Below are positions 9,632 to 19,962 of a DNA stretch of 64,000 bases, piece after piece (position 1 is the first letter of the stretch; each line of letters starts with the position of its first letter). This DNA is from Planctomycetota bacterium (GTDB lineage: Bacteria; Planctomycetota; UBA11346): positions 1 through 64,000 of the forward strand of contig JBBRLJ010000029.1 of the NCBI GenBank assembly GCA_038231435.1. The letters are read 5' to 3'. Made by a program: the position numbers and the translations under genes. The notes below the pieces were generated by a model. That model searched no databases. It saw only the letters and a program-made list of their open reading frames with translations, and was not told where the DNA came from.

Positions 9632-10090
9632 TCAGGCCAGTGTCGCCTGCAGCATCCACGCGGTCTTGTCGTGCTCGTGGATGCGACCGATCAGCAGATC
9701 CGCGGTGGCCTCGTCCCCGGCGGATTGCGCGACCTTCACGCCGACCGAGAGCCGGCGCGACAAGGTTCGATGGTCCTTCAGCAGTAACGCCACCAGGGCG
9801 CGGCCCTCACTGGAGACTCTCGAATCGCTGGAGTCGGCCGCCCCCTGTGCGAGCTTGGCCAGCTCACCCAGCCCCACGGGCGCCTTGGCGCCGAGCGCGC
9901 GCACCCGTTCGGCCAGATCGTCAGCGGCTTCGAACAGCGCCTCGTACTGCTCGCCGAAGCGTTCATGCAGTTCGAAGAAGCCGCTACCGGTGACGTTCCA
10001 ATGGGCGCCGTGCGTCTTCACGGCGAGGGCGTAGGTCTCCGCCAGGATCGGTATCAGCATCTCGGTGACGGGAGCGGTCTTGGTGGCCAT
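9632..10090 (-). CDS. dps: Dps-family ferritin-like DNA-protection protein
   Basis: KTHGAHWNVTGSGFFELHERF, DDLAERVRALG, HDKTAWML. Confidence 0.95.
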   Translation of the reverse strand: MATKTAPVTEMLIPILAETYALAVKTHGAHWNVTGSGFFELHERFGEQYEALFEAADDLAERVRALGAKAPVGLGELAKLAQGAADSSDSRVSSEGRALVALLLKDHRTLSRRLSVGVKVAQSAGDEATADLLIGRIHEHDKTAWMLQATLA

Positions 10091-10307
10091 GGGAGTATTC
10101 CTTCGGTGTCAGCGGTACAGCCGCATCGTACCGTGAAGAACGCACTCGCATCTGGCCCAGCGACGATCGCCGTGATCGCTCCGCCCTATCAGCTCGGACA
10201 GCATCGGGCAGCATCTGCCATGTCGACGAGCGTGAGTCCCGAGATCGACGCACAGTCAGTTCGCCGATACCCTCAGTGCGCGCGCTCTACCTTCGCCTGG
10301 CGGCAGA

Positions 10308-11735
10308 TCACTTCTTGGCGGCCTTGCCATTGGCCACTGCCACGCGCTCGTCGAACCACGTCTTCCAGGCAGCGATCGGCGACTTGCGCGCGGGCGCCTC
10401 GGCAGCGGGATCGTAACCGAATCCACCGACGACCACCGGCTTGAGCGGCGCGAACAGCAGGCCGCGGATCTCGGCGATGTCCGAGTCGAACAGGGCGATA
10501 GTGGCCTCGAAGAGCGCCGCATCGTCGCAATAGTTGCCGAGCATGGGCAACGGCAGCGCGGCGGCCAGGGCTCCCGCGGCAGCCAGACGATCCTCTTTCG
10601 ACTTCTTCTTGGCGTTCAGCGCGATCTTCGCCAGGGCGATCTGCGCCGACTGGGTATGCCAATTGGCGTGCATGCCCAGGGCGGCGATTGCGGCGGCGCG
10701 CACCTCGCCATCCTCGTCATCGGCGAGCTTCGCCAGCGCCGCGACCGTCTCCTCGCCGGCGAAGAACACGCGCGAGCAAGCCTTGGCCAAGGCGAGCCTC
10801 GCCGGCGTCTCCTTCGCCTTGACGGCGTGCGAGGCCGCCATCCAGCCATAGGCGCCGCCGATGCGCACGATCTCGTTCCAGGTCTCGGGCTTCGAGAACG
10901 CGGCGCCGGTCTTGTCGGCGATCACCTGCTTCAGCCATTTCACATCCTGGTCGGGCAACGCCACCTGCTTGTGCCGGAGCGCATCGATCCACATCGCTAC
11001 GTCGCGCCGCAGCGGTACATTGGGGAAGAAGCTGCCGTGATCGGCATCGTGGATCTCGCGATAGACGCAGCGGAAACCCTGGCCCATCAGGCTGCGGCGG
11101 AACTCGCGCGAGGCATTGACGCTGCAGGTCGGATCGGCGTCGCCATGGATGATATAATACTCGAGCATCGAGGTAGCGGGATCCTTGCCGCCGGGGATCA
11201 GCAGCCCGTACCCGCTCATGGGCGCCGCGCCCGCAAACACGTCGGGATGTGAGCCAGCGAACCATGCGGTCATGTGCCCGCCGTTCGAATGCCCCCACGC
11301 GAAGACGCGCCGCTGGTCGATGGGATACACGGTCTTGAGCCAGTCGACGAACTGCATCAAGGCACCGTCGTCTCCGTCGGCCCAGCCGTTGCCCATCGAC
11401 TTGCCCCCGGCAACAACGTAGTCCTGATCGAGCCCATCCTCTTGGGTGGCGATATGGGCGTAAGTGGTGAGGTTGTTCTCATCCGAATTGAGGCCGTGGA
11501 ACGCGACTATCAGGCCGAGGGTCTTCTTCTCGGGGAGCTTGGTGGGAGCAAACACCCGGTAGCGCATCACCAGCGAGTTCTTGATCGGGTGCTTGAGTTC
11601 GCCCTTGGAATCCCCAGGGGCCCCAGCCGGAGACTTGCTCCAGTCGATGACCTCATAGGTAGGCTTGGCGTCACCGGCCGTGAGCGACGCGGACAGGGCA
11701 ACGAGCAGGGCTATCAACAGGATGGGCAGGCGCAT
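10308..11735 (-). CDS. Secreted alpha/beta-hydrolase (esterase-like) with C-terminal HEAT repeats
   Basis: Signal peptide MRLPILLIALL; AFHG, GHSNGG nucleophile elbow, HGDAD, H; HEAT-like LADDEDGEVRAAAIAALG. Confidence 0.8.
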   Translation of the reverse strand: MRLPILLIALLVALSASLTAGDAKPTYEVIDWSKSPAGAPGDSKGELKHPIKNSLVMRYRVFAPTKLPEKKTLGLIVAFHGLNSDENNLTTYAHIATQEDGLDQDYVVAGGKSMGNGWADGDDGALMQFVDWLKTVYPIDQRRVFAWGHSNGGHMTAWFAGSHPDVFAGAAPMSGYGLLIPGGKDPATSMLEYYIIHGDADPTCSVNASREFRRSLMGQGFRCVYREIHDADHGSFFPNVPLRRDVAMWIDALRHKQVALPDQDVKWLKQVIADKTGAAFSKPETWNEIVRIGGAYGWMAASHAVKAKETPARLALAKACSRVFFAGEETVAALAKLADDEDGEVRAAAIAALGMHANWHTQSAQIALAKIALNAKKKSKEDRLAAAGALAAALPLPMLGNYCDDAALFEATIALFDSDIAEIRGLLFAPLKPVVVGGFGYDPAAEAPARKSPIAAWKTWFDERVAVANGKAAKK

Positions 11736-11837
11736 GGGTTCCCCGAGCATGCACACCATACCCGCCAAGCTCCTCGCCGTTGCCCTGCCCGCGAAAAATG
11801 GACATGAGCCGGTGGGACGGGCTCTCAACGCGCTACT

Positions 11838-14177
11838 TCAAAGCCCTGCTATGGGCAGGCGGACGATGAAGGTCGTCCCCGCGCCCACCTCGGACTCGAA
11901 CTGGAGGCTGCCATGATGCCTGTCCACGATCGCACGGGAGATGTGCAATCCCTGCCCCGTACCGCTTTCCGGCGATTTGGTGGTGAAGAATGGCCTGAAG
12001 ATCATTCCGCGATTGGCTGGAGCGATGCCCGGCCCGGTATCCCGTACCCGGATCTCCACCGCATCCCCGTCCCTCCGTGTCGATATGGTGATGGTGCCGC
12101 GGCAGCCCCCCGGCGTTGCACCCGCGATCGCCTGAGCGGCGTTGACGATCAGGTTGAGGAACACCTGGTTGATCTCGCCCACCACGCACACCACCGGCGG
12201 GAGATCGGCAGCGAATTCGGTGGCCACGTCGGCAGTGTATTTGTACTCGTTGGTGGCCAGCACCAGGGTGTTTTCGAGCTCGCGATTGATGTTGGCCGCA
12301 TGCGTGGCCTTGGTCTCGGGATGCGTGAAGCGCTTCATAGCGGCGACGATCGCGGCGATGCGGTCGAGGCCATCGGCGGACTGGGACATGGCCTTCGGGA
12401 TCTCTTCCAAGAGGAATCCCATGTCCGACTCGCGCTCGAGTTCAGCCATCGACGACGCTGCATTACCGCCAATCATCCCAAGACTTCCGCGGTAGGCGGT
12501 CAGCACCCTCGCCAAGCTGGCGAAGGCATCGCGCAGGAAAACCAGATTGTCACCAACGAATTGGACGGGCGTGTTGATCTCGTGCGCCACGCCCGCGGCG
12601 ATCTGCCCGATCGACTCCATCTTCTGACTCTTCAGCAGCAGTTTCTCCAGCGAGCGTCGCTCGGTGACGTCGACTGCGAGGAGCAGGAACCCTTTACACT
12701 CTCCGCTATCTCCGCGGCTCGGATTGATGACCAAGGATAGCATGCCGCCGCTGCCGTCTGGGCGGAAATACGGGACGTCGCAGTCGATCGAGCGCTCACC
12801 GGATATCGCCTGCGCGATGGTCTGATCCACGCGCTCGTCGTCCCAGTGGATCGCGCACGCGCGCAATGGTTTGGCCAGGACCATCCTCGACTCCACGCCA
12901 AAGGCCTGGGCGGCTGCATCGTTCCAGCGGATGACGCCACCATGGCGATCGACTCCGATGAGAATGGTGGAGATGGCCGACAACAGGCGGTCGCATTCCG
13001 CGTGCGCCTTGAGGATGGCGGCGTCGGCCTTCTTGCGTTGCGATATGTCCTCGATCACGGTCATGAAATAGCCGGCTGATCCAGGAGCCGGACCGACCAC
13101 CGACGAACGCAACTGGACCCACACGAAAGTGCCGTCTTTTCGCACGTAGCGCTTCTCGGTCTCGTAGGTCGATATCTCTCCCATCGCCATCCTGCGCGCG
13201 TTTTCGCGGCTAGCCTCCACGTCGTCCGGATGGGTGAGATCTGCGAAATGTCTGACGTACATCTCGATCGGCAGGTACCCCAGAATGTCGCACAGCTTCT
13301 GGTTCACGAGCAGGAATCGCCCATTGGTGGAGACCAGCGCCACCCCGACAGCCGCCTGCTCGAATGCCGCGCTGAAACGTCGTTCACTCTCGCGGAGCGC
13401 ATTCTCGGTGCTCTTCTGCGAGGTAACGTCGCGCATCACCGCGACGCTGCCGATGGGACGGCGATTCTCGTCCACCTGCGCCATCACCGAAGATTCGAGG
13501 TGGAGTTCACGTCCGTATCTGGTGACCACGAGGTTGTCGCCGCGCCAGCGGCCGGTCTCGGCGAGCATCGAGAGCGCGCGCTCTTCATTCTCTCGTCCTA
13601 GCCAACTGAACTGGACGAGTTCGACAAGGCTGTGCCCAACAGCATCGTCGACCGCGATGCCGAACAGGCGCTCTGCGGCGGCGTTCCAGTAAGTGACCTT
13701 CCATTCCACGTCCAGGCCGAGCACGGCATCGTTGACCTGCGCGAGCATCCGCGCCTCGTCGTCGATTCTCGCCTCGACCTTGCGGAACCTGGTCACGTCG
13801 ACGGCCAGGACCAGCCGAGCCTGACGGCCGCGGAAGACGATGTCCTCGGTGGAAATGTCTACCACGATCTGCCCACCGCCACGGGTCAGGTGTACCCAGG
13901 TTCCCGCGTAGCTCGCTGACGTCCTGCTGGCGCCGACCGCCAGCTGCAACGCGCAACGATCGGCAGGCGGTCGTATATCGGCGATGCTCATGGCGAGGAA
14001 CTCGTCGCGCGAATACCCGTAATGCCGGATGGCCGCCAGATTGACCGCCAAGAACGCCAGCGTCTCGATGTCGAATATCCACATGGAATGTGGATTGCGC
14101 TCGAAGAGCAGGCCTGACGTGCCATCCGGAAACGCCAGTCCGCTCTCGTTACCCAGCGATGGCGATGAGGGTTCCAC
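11838..14177 (-). CDS. Cytoplasmic four-PAS sensor histidine kinase
   Basis: Four PAS/PAC segments; [46 protein letters not shown]. Confidence 0.93.
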   Translation of the reverse strand: MEPSSPSLGNESGLAFPDGTSGLLFERNPHSMWIFDIETLAFLAVNLAAIRHYGYSRDEFLAMSIADIRPPADRCALQLAVGASRTSASYAGTWVHLTRGGGQIVVDISTEDIVFRGRQARLVLAVDVTRFRKVEARIDDEARMLAQVNDAVLGLDVEWKVTYWNAAAERLFGIAVDDAVGHSLVELVQFSWLGRENEERALSMLAETGRWRGDNLVVTRYGRELHLESSVMAQVDENRRPIGSVAVMRDVTSQKSTENALRESERRFSAAFEQAAVGVALVSTNGRFLLVNQKLCDILGYLPIEMYVRHFADLTHPDDVEASRENARRMAMGEISTYETEKRYVRKDGTFVWVQLRSSVVGPAPGSAGYFMTVIEDISQRKKADAAILKAHAECDRLLSAISTILIGVDRHGGVIRWNDAAAQAFGVESRMVLAKPLRACAIHWDDERVDQTIAQAISGERSIDCDVPYFRPDGSGGMLSLVINPSRGDSGECKGFLLLAVDVTERRSLEKLLLKSQKMESIGQIAAGVAHEINTPVQFVGDNLVFLRDAFASLARVLTAYRGSLGMIGGNAASSMAELERESDMGFLLEEIPKAMSQSADGLDRIAAIVAAMKRFTHPETKATHAANINRELENTLVLATNEYKYTADVATEFAADLPPVVCVVGEINQVFLNLIVNAAQAIAGATPGGCRGTITISTRRDGDAVEIRVRDTGPGIAPANRGMIFRPFFTTKSPESGTGQGLHISRAIVDRHHGSLQFESEVGAGTTFIVRLPIAGL

Positions 14178-14356
14178 AGTCTACCGAGGGAGTATACCCC
14201 GGGGATCCCTGGCCTACGACCTCGGCTCGTCTACCCGCTCGAGCCATGGATGTCATGCCACGTCAGATCGAAAACGCGTGCGCCTGGACTGCTAACACTG
14301 TATCAGACTAGGCTTGGGTCTGCGACAGGCCGTTCATCACGCTCGCCCGCGGGCGC

Positions 14357-15841
14357 TCAGGTTCCCAGCCCCAGCCGCGTGAACTGTTCCGGTGGAGCCT
14401 CGCCCCGCCGCATGCCATCCATGAGATGGTCGATCATCATGCGCTCGATGCGCGGATCGGAGAGCGGGCATTGCTGGGAGTAATCGTCGTCGAGATCGAA
14501 CAGTCTGGTGTCGAGTTCCTCGATCCACGAGCCCGTGCGGCCAGGTACGCGCATGACGGCGCAGCCCTTGGTGAAGGCAAATCCCGGGTGCCGTTCCCAG
14601 CCAGCGAGCTCGCTGGGCGAAAACCGGTCGCGCATGTGGGTCGGCATCAAGGTGTAGTTCGACAACGGGCCGTTCTCAGCGCCGGCGGGACCGCGCATGT
14701 ACACGTAGCGTCCATCGGTGACGTTGACGTGTCCGCCGTGGATGCCATAGAGCGCCGCGACCCGCACCCGCGCATCGCTCTCGATGACGTGGCGCAAGGG
14801 CATCCCCATCATGTCCGGCGGGATCGGCTGGCCGAAGAACTCGAGCAGCGTCGGCGCGAGATCGATGGTCTGGACCAGCGCGCCGCGCCGCTCGCCGTGA
14901 GCCGAGCAGCGCGGATCCCAGATCCACATGGGGATGTGGGCGATCTCTTGGTAAAACGGCATGCGGCACTTCGCCCACCAATCGTGCTCGCCCATCAGGA
15001 AGCCGTGATCGGTGTTGACGATCAGCATCGTGTCCTTCCACAGGTCGAGCTCATCCATCAGGTCGAGCACGCGGCCGAGGTGGTGGTCGCACATCGACAC
15101 CAGCGCTGCGTACATGCGCTGGATATGCAGCGTGGCTTCGCCTCCTTCGGTAACTCGCTCATAGACTGGCCAATCGAATTGCGGCCCTTCCCAGGCGTGG
15201 GGATACAGATCCTGGTAATGCGATTGCGTGAAAAACGGTTCGTGCGGATCGAAGGTCTCGATCTGGCAGAACCAGTCGTCGAATCCCCGGTTCTGGCGGA
15301 TGAACTCGAGACCCTTGGTAAAAGTGATGTGCTGCGGCTGATCCTCCTCGCGGCGCTGGTGCTGGCGGTTGATGCAGTCCTGGCGTCGGCTGTGGCGTCC
15401 TCCAGCCGGACGCTCGCGCGGCACGGGGACGAGCAGCGGCGGAGTATCGACCGGTCCCGCCCAGCCGACGTACGGGTCCCCTTCCTGCCCGCGCACGAAT
15501 TCGAAGCTCGAGTAGCGGCCGTGGTAGGTGGCTCCGCCATCCTCCCAGTAGTGCTGATGGTCGGTTACCTTGTGGGTGTGGATGCCGGCGTTGCGCAGCA
15601 ATTCGGGCATCGAATCGTCGAACGGCTCCAGCGGACCCCACGAGCGGTGTAGGAAGTTGTAGCGACCGGTATGGATCTCGCGCCGTGCAGGCATGCATGG
15701 CATCGAACCGACGTAGCACTGGTCGAACTGGACACTGCGCGCGGCCAGGCGAGTGAAGTTCGGGGCGATCACCCAGCTGTTGCCGTAGGGCGGCAGGAAG
15801 CGTCGGCACAGGGTATCGAACATGACCATGATGGCGCGCAT
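14357..15841 (-). CDS. Sulfatase (Cys-type, formylglycine-dependent)
   Basis: MFDTL metal Asp; CMPARREIHTGR (CxPxR); DPHEPF; TDHG; no signal peptide. Confidence 0.92.
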   Translation of the reverse strand: MRAIMVMFDTLCRRFLPPYGNSWVIAPNFTRLAARSVQFDQCYVGSMPCMPARREIHTGRYNFLHRSWGPLEPFDDSMPELLRNAGIHTHKVTDHQHYWEDGGATYHGRYSSFEFVRGQEGDPYVGWAGPVDTPPLLVPVPRERPAGGRHSRRQDCINRQHQRREEDQPQHITFTKGLEFIRQNRGFDDWFCQIETFDPHEPFFTQSHYQDLYPHAWEGPQFDWPVYERVTEGGEATLHIQRMYAALVSMCDHHLGRVLDLMDELDLWKDTMLIVNTDHGFLMGEHDWWAKCRMPFYQEIAHIPMWIWDPRCSAHGERRGALVQTIDLAPTLLEFFGQPIPPDMMGMPLRHVIESDARVRVAALYGIHGGHVNVTDGRYVYMRGPAGAENGPLSNYTLMPTHMRDRFSPSELAGWERHPGFAFTKGCAVMRVPGRTGSWIEELDTRLFDLDDDYSQQCPLSDPRIERMMIDHLMDGMRRGEAPPEQFTRLGLGT

Positions 15842-15913
15842 GGCGATCAGCATCCGCTCAAGCGCGAGACGGCCATGCCCTGGACCAGCCATAATTTGCA
15901 CCAGAATGACCGC

Positions 15914-16750
15914 ATGGGTACAGATGCATCCTGGGACGCATGGCTGGGCGGTCTCGCCGATCCCAGCCGCCGGTTGGACGTCCAGGGCTTCGGGCGGGTC
16001 CACGCCGAGCACTGGGACATGGGCCGCCGCGTACTACCCGAGCACATGTTGCACTTCGTGCTGGCTGGTGGCCATGTGGGAACCGTTGGCGAAGCGGGTG
16101 GCACGCGGAGCGACGAGCTGCGCACCCGCCGCCACTCGCTTGTGTGGATCCCGCCCGGCATCCGCCAGGAGTTGCGCAAGAACCGGGAGCGGGTGTTCTC
16201 GAAATTCTATATCCGTTTCACTGTCGCGGGGCTCGCGCACCCGCCGGTGGAACCGCGCGTCAGGCACGATCTCGCCGAGGCGCTCCCCCTCTTCACCAGG
16301 CTCTACGACGAATGCAGTGCCCAACTGCCGGGCCGCGAACATTCCATCCGCGCGCTGCTGGTGCTGATCTTCGGCGAGTGGCGACGCGCTTCACGCAGCC
16401 ATGACGCCCTCCTCGACGAGCGGCAGCGCGAACGCCTGCTGGCGCGCATCGACCGGGATCCGGCAACGCGGCTGCATCCGGCGACCTTGGCGCGCGAGCT
16501 CAGCATGGCGCCGACGTGGTTTTCCCGCCTCTTCCGCCGGACCTTCGGCGCGGCGCCGCGCGTCTGGCTGGTGCGCCACCGCATCCAGCTCGCCGCGCAG
16601 CGGCTGCTCGAGATCCCATCGCCGGTCAGCGTGGTCGCTGGGGAATTCGGTTACCCGGACGTGTTCCTATTCAGCCGTCAATTCAAGGCGGTGATGGGCA
16701 TGAGCCCGCTCGCATGGCGCCGGCTTCAGTCCCGGGATCGGCGACGGTAG
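15914..16750 (+). CDS. AraC-family transcriptional regulator, divergent from the sulfatase
   Basis: Cupin-like N-terminus; LARELSMAPTWFSRLFRRTFG...FGYPDVFLFSRQFKAVMGMSP; start uncertain (15875 or 15914). Confidence 0.9.
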   Translation: MGTDASWDAWLGGLADPSRRLDVQGFGRVHAEHWDMGRRVLPEHMLHFVLAGGHVGTVGEAGGTRSDELRTRRHSLVWIPPGIRQELRKNRERVFSKFYIRFTVAGLAHPPVEPRVRHDLAEALPLFTRLYDECSAQLPGREHSIRALLVLIFGEWRRASRSHDALLDERQRERLLARIDRDPATRLHPATLARELSMAPTWFSRLFRRTFGAAPRVWLVRHRIQLAAQRLLEIPSPVSVVAGEFGYPDVFLFSRQFKAVMGMSPLAWRRLQSRDRRR

Positions 16751-18861
16751 CCGATACCGGCGAGTGCCAAACCCAGCGACGCGGCGACGCCGACACCACA
16801 GTTGGACTTTCCACTACCGCCAGTGCCGCTGGCGCCAGACGAACCGCTTCCAGTGCCCGTACCGCCCGCGCTTGTAGTTCCCGTACCTGTACTCGTGCCG
16901 GTACCAGCCGCCGCCGTAGTGAAGGTGCTGTCACCGGAAATGAGCAGATTGCCTGCGGCGTCGCGTGAGCGCACCCGGTAATGGTAGAGCGTCCCCGCCG
17001 CCAGCCCGCCGAGCGTGCGGCTATGGCTGGTGACCATGCCCGCCGCCAGCGCCGTGCTGCTGCCGTAAGTGGTGGAGAGGCCGAAGTCGACCTGGGTGTC
17101 CGAGCCCTCGTTGGTGGTCCATGCGATGGTGGCGCCGGATGACGTGACCCCGCTGCTGGCGATCGCGCTCGCCACCGGAGGGGTGGTGTCGGCGATGATG
17201 GTGAAGGTGCGGGTGGCTGATGTACCGCCGCCAGGCGCCGCGATCACGACCGCCAGGCTCGGAGATCCGGGGCTGGAGAGATAGGCTGCTGGAACGGTCA
17301 CGGTGAGCTGGGTGGCGGTGGCTGTCACCGCGGGCAGGTTCGTTTGCCCGCTCCACGAGACCAGCGATCCCGCGATGAAGCCGCTACCGGTGAGCGTGAG
17401 CGTGAACGAGCCGCTGTTCTGCACCGCGGTGCCGGGATTGATCGAGGCCAAAGACGGCGCGGGATTGCCCGCGCCGCCGGACTGCACGGTGATCACCACC
17501 GCGTCGAACGCGGGACAATGCACGCCATCGCTGGCCTTGAGCATCACGGTATAGGTGCCAGCGGCGCTGAAGGTGGCGGTGGTCGAAGTCGACGACGCGC
17601 CCCCGAAGCTCATTGTGCCGGGCTGAGTCGTGAATGGGTAGACGTACCAGAGAGTGGTCAATCCACTGCCGGTGACCGTACCGGCGAGCGAAGCACCAGC
17701 GGCAAGCGTGACCGTCTGGTCGGCGCCCGCATCCGCAGTGGGCGCCCCAGCCGAACGCGGACCGGCGTTGGCAGCGGTGGCATCGATGACCTCGAAGTTG
17801 TTGATGTCGCAGAAGCCGCTGAGGGCGCCGGTGGCGAGATGGTCGAAGCAGTTCGCTGGCCAGCGATCATCAGGGCACGCCGAGATCGAGAAGAACGAAC
17901 CGTTGTCGGCGACGATCGCACCGTACTTCTTCAGCCCCAGCGCGATGGCTGTCTCCTCTTTCGTCCACGATGCGGGGATGGCGAATGACGACTTGAGGCG
18001 CAGGCGCTGACCCATCGCGGGCACGTCCACTAGCGACGTCGACCCCGCCTGGTGCGATGCCGGGTAGATGTAGGCCTGGCGCGAACGCTTGACCACGATG
18101 CGCATGGCGTGCTCGATCATGCCGCGTTCGGCCTCGTCGTAGCGTACCAGCGCCGGAAACATCGGCAGGCCCGCCGCATCGCCGGAGGTCCAGCCGGCCG
18201 GACGCGCAGTATTGGCGACCAGACTGAATTTTGCTCCGTTGGATGCCTGCCACGCGGGCGTGAGCGTGGTCAGCTGCGTCGTCCAGGTCTCCCAGATAGA
18301 ACCCACGCCGGGCATGACGATGATCGAGTGACGATCCCCGCCGTCGCCATTGATGTCCTGCTGCCACTGCGCGTTGCTCAAGCCTGGCTGCTCCGACGGC
18401 CAGGTCTCGACCGGCATGACCGACGGCACTGGCCACAGGCCCCAGTTGGCGTTGCCGGGATCCAGGTCGTCGGACTCGCTCGCGTAGTTGAAGAAGGCGA
18501 TGTCGATCTTCGGCTGCGTGTCAGGCACCAGCACGTAGTTCATCTCCTTGAACACCACCAAGCGCTGGCGGTTCGCGTTCACCACGTCGGCGCGGATGTT
18601 GGCGATCATGGCACCCGAGTTGGCGGCGACGGGCCGTCCGGTGATGTCCTCGTTCCAGGCGCTGTCGCGCGGCATGATCTGCATGGCCGAAACCACCGCG
18701 TCGGCGGCGCCGGTATTGAACAGGATGGGCGCCGATACCGTCGGCTGGGTACCGAGGATGCGACCATCGTGGTTGATGCGCTCGGCGCCCGCGGCGCCGC
18801 CGGCAAGAGCCGCGAGAGCGGGAACGAGCAGCGCTGGGATGAGTCGTGCGAGCATGGTCAT
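16726..18861 (-). CDS. Secreted/surface protein: unrecognised 'WTSxDAAGLP' domain + PKD/IPT-like Ig domains + FN3 + Gly/Ser/Thr linker + C-terminal anchor-like tail
   Basis: Signal peptide; N-domain paralogous to 18892-19962; ADAGADQTV, PSLASINP, GTLYHYRVRSRDAAGN; tail KSNCGVGVAASLGLALAGIGYRRRSRD. Confidence 0.85.
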   Translation of the reverse strand: MTMLARLIPALLVPALAALAGGAAGAERINHDGRILGTQPTVSAPILFNTGAADAVVSAMQIMPRDSAWNEDITGRPVAANSGAMIANIRADVVNANRQRLVVFKEMNYVLVPDTQPKIDIAFFNYASESDDLDPGNANWGLWPVPSVMPVETWPSEQPGLSNAQWQQDINGDGGDRHSIIVMPGVGSIWETWTTQLTTLTPAWQASNGAKFSLVANTARPAGWTSGDAAGLPMFPALVRYDEAERGMIEHAMRIVVKRSRQAYIYPASHQAGSTSLVDVPAMGQRLRLKSSFAIPASWTKEETAIALGLKKYGAIVADNGSFFSISACPDDRWPANCFDHLATGALSGFCDINNFEVIDATAANAGPRSAGAPTADAGADQTVTLAAGASLAGTVTGSGLTTLWYVYPFTTQPGTMSFGGASSTSTTATFSAAGTYTVMLKASDGVHCPAFDAVVITVQSGGAGNPAPSLASINPGTAVQNSGSFTLTLTGSGFIAGSLVSWSGQTNLPAVTATATQLTVTVPAAYLSSPGSPSLAVVIAAPGGGTSATRTFTIIADTTPPVASAIASSGVTSSGATIAWTTNEGSDTQVDFGLSTTYGSSTALAAGMVTSHSRTLGGLAAGTLYHYRVRSRDAAGNLLISGDSTFTTAAAGTGTSTGTGTTSAGGTGTGSGSSGASGTGGSGKSNCGVGVAASLGLALAGIGYRRRSRD

Positions 18862-18891
18862 TCTCTTCCTCCGGAGCCTGCGTTCAGCGGC

Positions 18892-19962
18892 CTATTTCCT
18901 CGTATCCGAGCCAGGCGCGCGCGGGCCTTCGTGTTCCCCGGTGGGAACCACGACTTCGAAATCCGAACCCTTCAGTTGGCGTAGCGCCTCGAGACCCTGG
19001 ATGCGCTCGTCCGGCGCCACCGAGATGCGCCAATCACCGCCGTTGTCGGCCACGAACATGCCATGGGTCTTGAGCGCCTGGGCGATGGCGCGCGCGTGCT
19101 TGGGGAAACCATCGATCGCCACGGTCGCCTTGAGACGGAAACGCTCGCCCATGCGCGGCGCCGCGGCATCGGTGGTATGCCCGGCCTGGTGGGTGGCTGG
19201 ATAGACGTAGGACTTCCGCGAGGACTTGACGGTGAAGCGCAGGGCGTGATCGATCCTGCCGAGCTCGCACTCGTCGTAGCGCACGATCGCCGGGAAGATC
19301 GGCAATCCGGCGGCGTCGGACGACGTCCAGCCCGCCGGCCGCATCTGGTTCGACGAGAGATCGAAGGTCGCCTCGCACGCCGCCTGCCAGCCGCTGTCGA
19401 CGCGCCTGGCCTGGTAGAACTCGTAGAGCTTGGCGGCGAACGGGTCGACGACGATCAGATGGCGGTCGCCATCGCCGTTGCGTTGAACATTGTCGAGCGT
19501 CCCGCCATCGAGCGGCCAGCCTTCGATGGGAGCGTTTGCTGGAACCGGAAACGGCCCGGCGTCGGATTCACCGGGATAGGATACCATCGCCACCGGCACC
19601 GTGGCCTGGCGAGCCGGCACGATGACGAAGGCCATGTCCGAATTCCACGCCAGGTGGCCGCCCTCCCCGACATGGGCGACGATGCGCGCCGAGTCGGGGT
19701 GGAGCGGGCGCTTGGAGATGTCCTCGTGCCACGCGCTGGTCTTGGGGAAGATCTGCATCCCGGACAGGAGCCGGTCCGCCTGCGGCGTGTTGAAGAGGAT
19801 CGGTTGCTTCACCGATTCCTTCTCCCCCGGCAGCTTCGCCGGACCGGTGACAGCATGGTCCGACGCGATCAGCGGCGTGGACGCCATGGTGAGTTGGATC
19901 GCGATCAGCAGCGTTACCTGCGGCACGAGATGGAGCGCGGAGGTCCGAGGCGAATCGGTCAT
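18892..19962 (-). CDS. Secreted protein consisting of the same unrecognised 'WTSxDAAGLP' domain
   Basis: N-terminal hydrophobic stretch; shares PILFNT, SAWxEDI, GDRH, RPAGWTSxDAAGLPxFPA, YxYPAxHQAG, ADNG with 16726-18861; ATGA overlap with upstream gene. Confidence 0.85.
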   Translation of the reverse strand: MTDSPRTSALHLVPQVTLLIAIQLTMASTPLIASDHAVTGPAKLPGEKESVKQPILFNTPQADRLLSGMQIFPKTSAWHEDISKRPLHPDSARIVAHVGEGGHLAWNSDMAFVIVPARQATVPVAMVSYPGESDAGPFPVPANAPIEGWPLDGGTLDNVQRNGDGDRHLIVVDPFAAKLYEFYQARRVDSGWQAACEATFDLSSNQMRPAGWTSSDAAGLPIFPAIVRYDECELGRIDHALRFTVKSSRKSYVYPATHQAGHTTDAAAPRMGERFRLKATVAIDGFPKHARAIAQALKTHGMFVADNGGDWRISVAPDERIQGLEALRQLKGSDFEVVVPTGEHEGPRAPGSDTRK

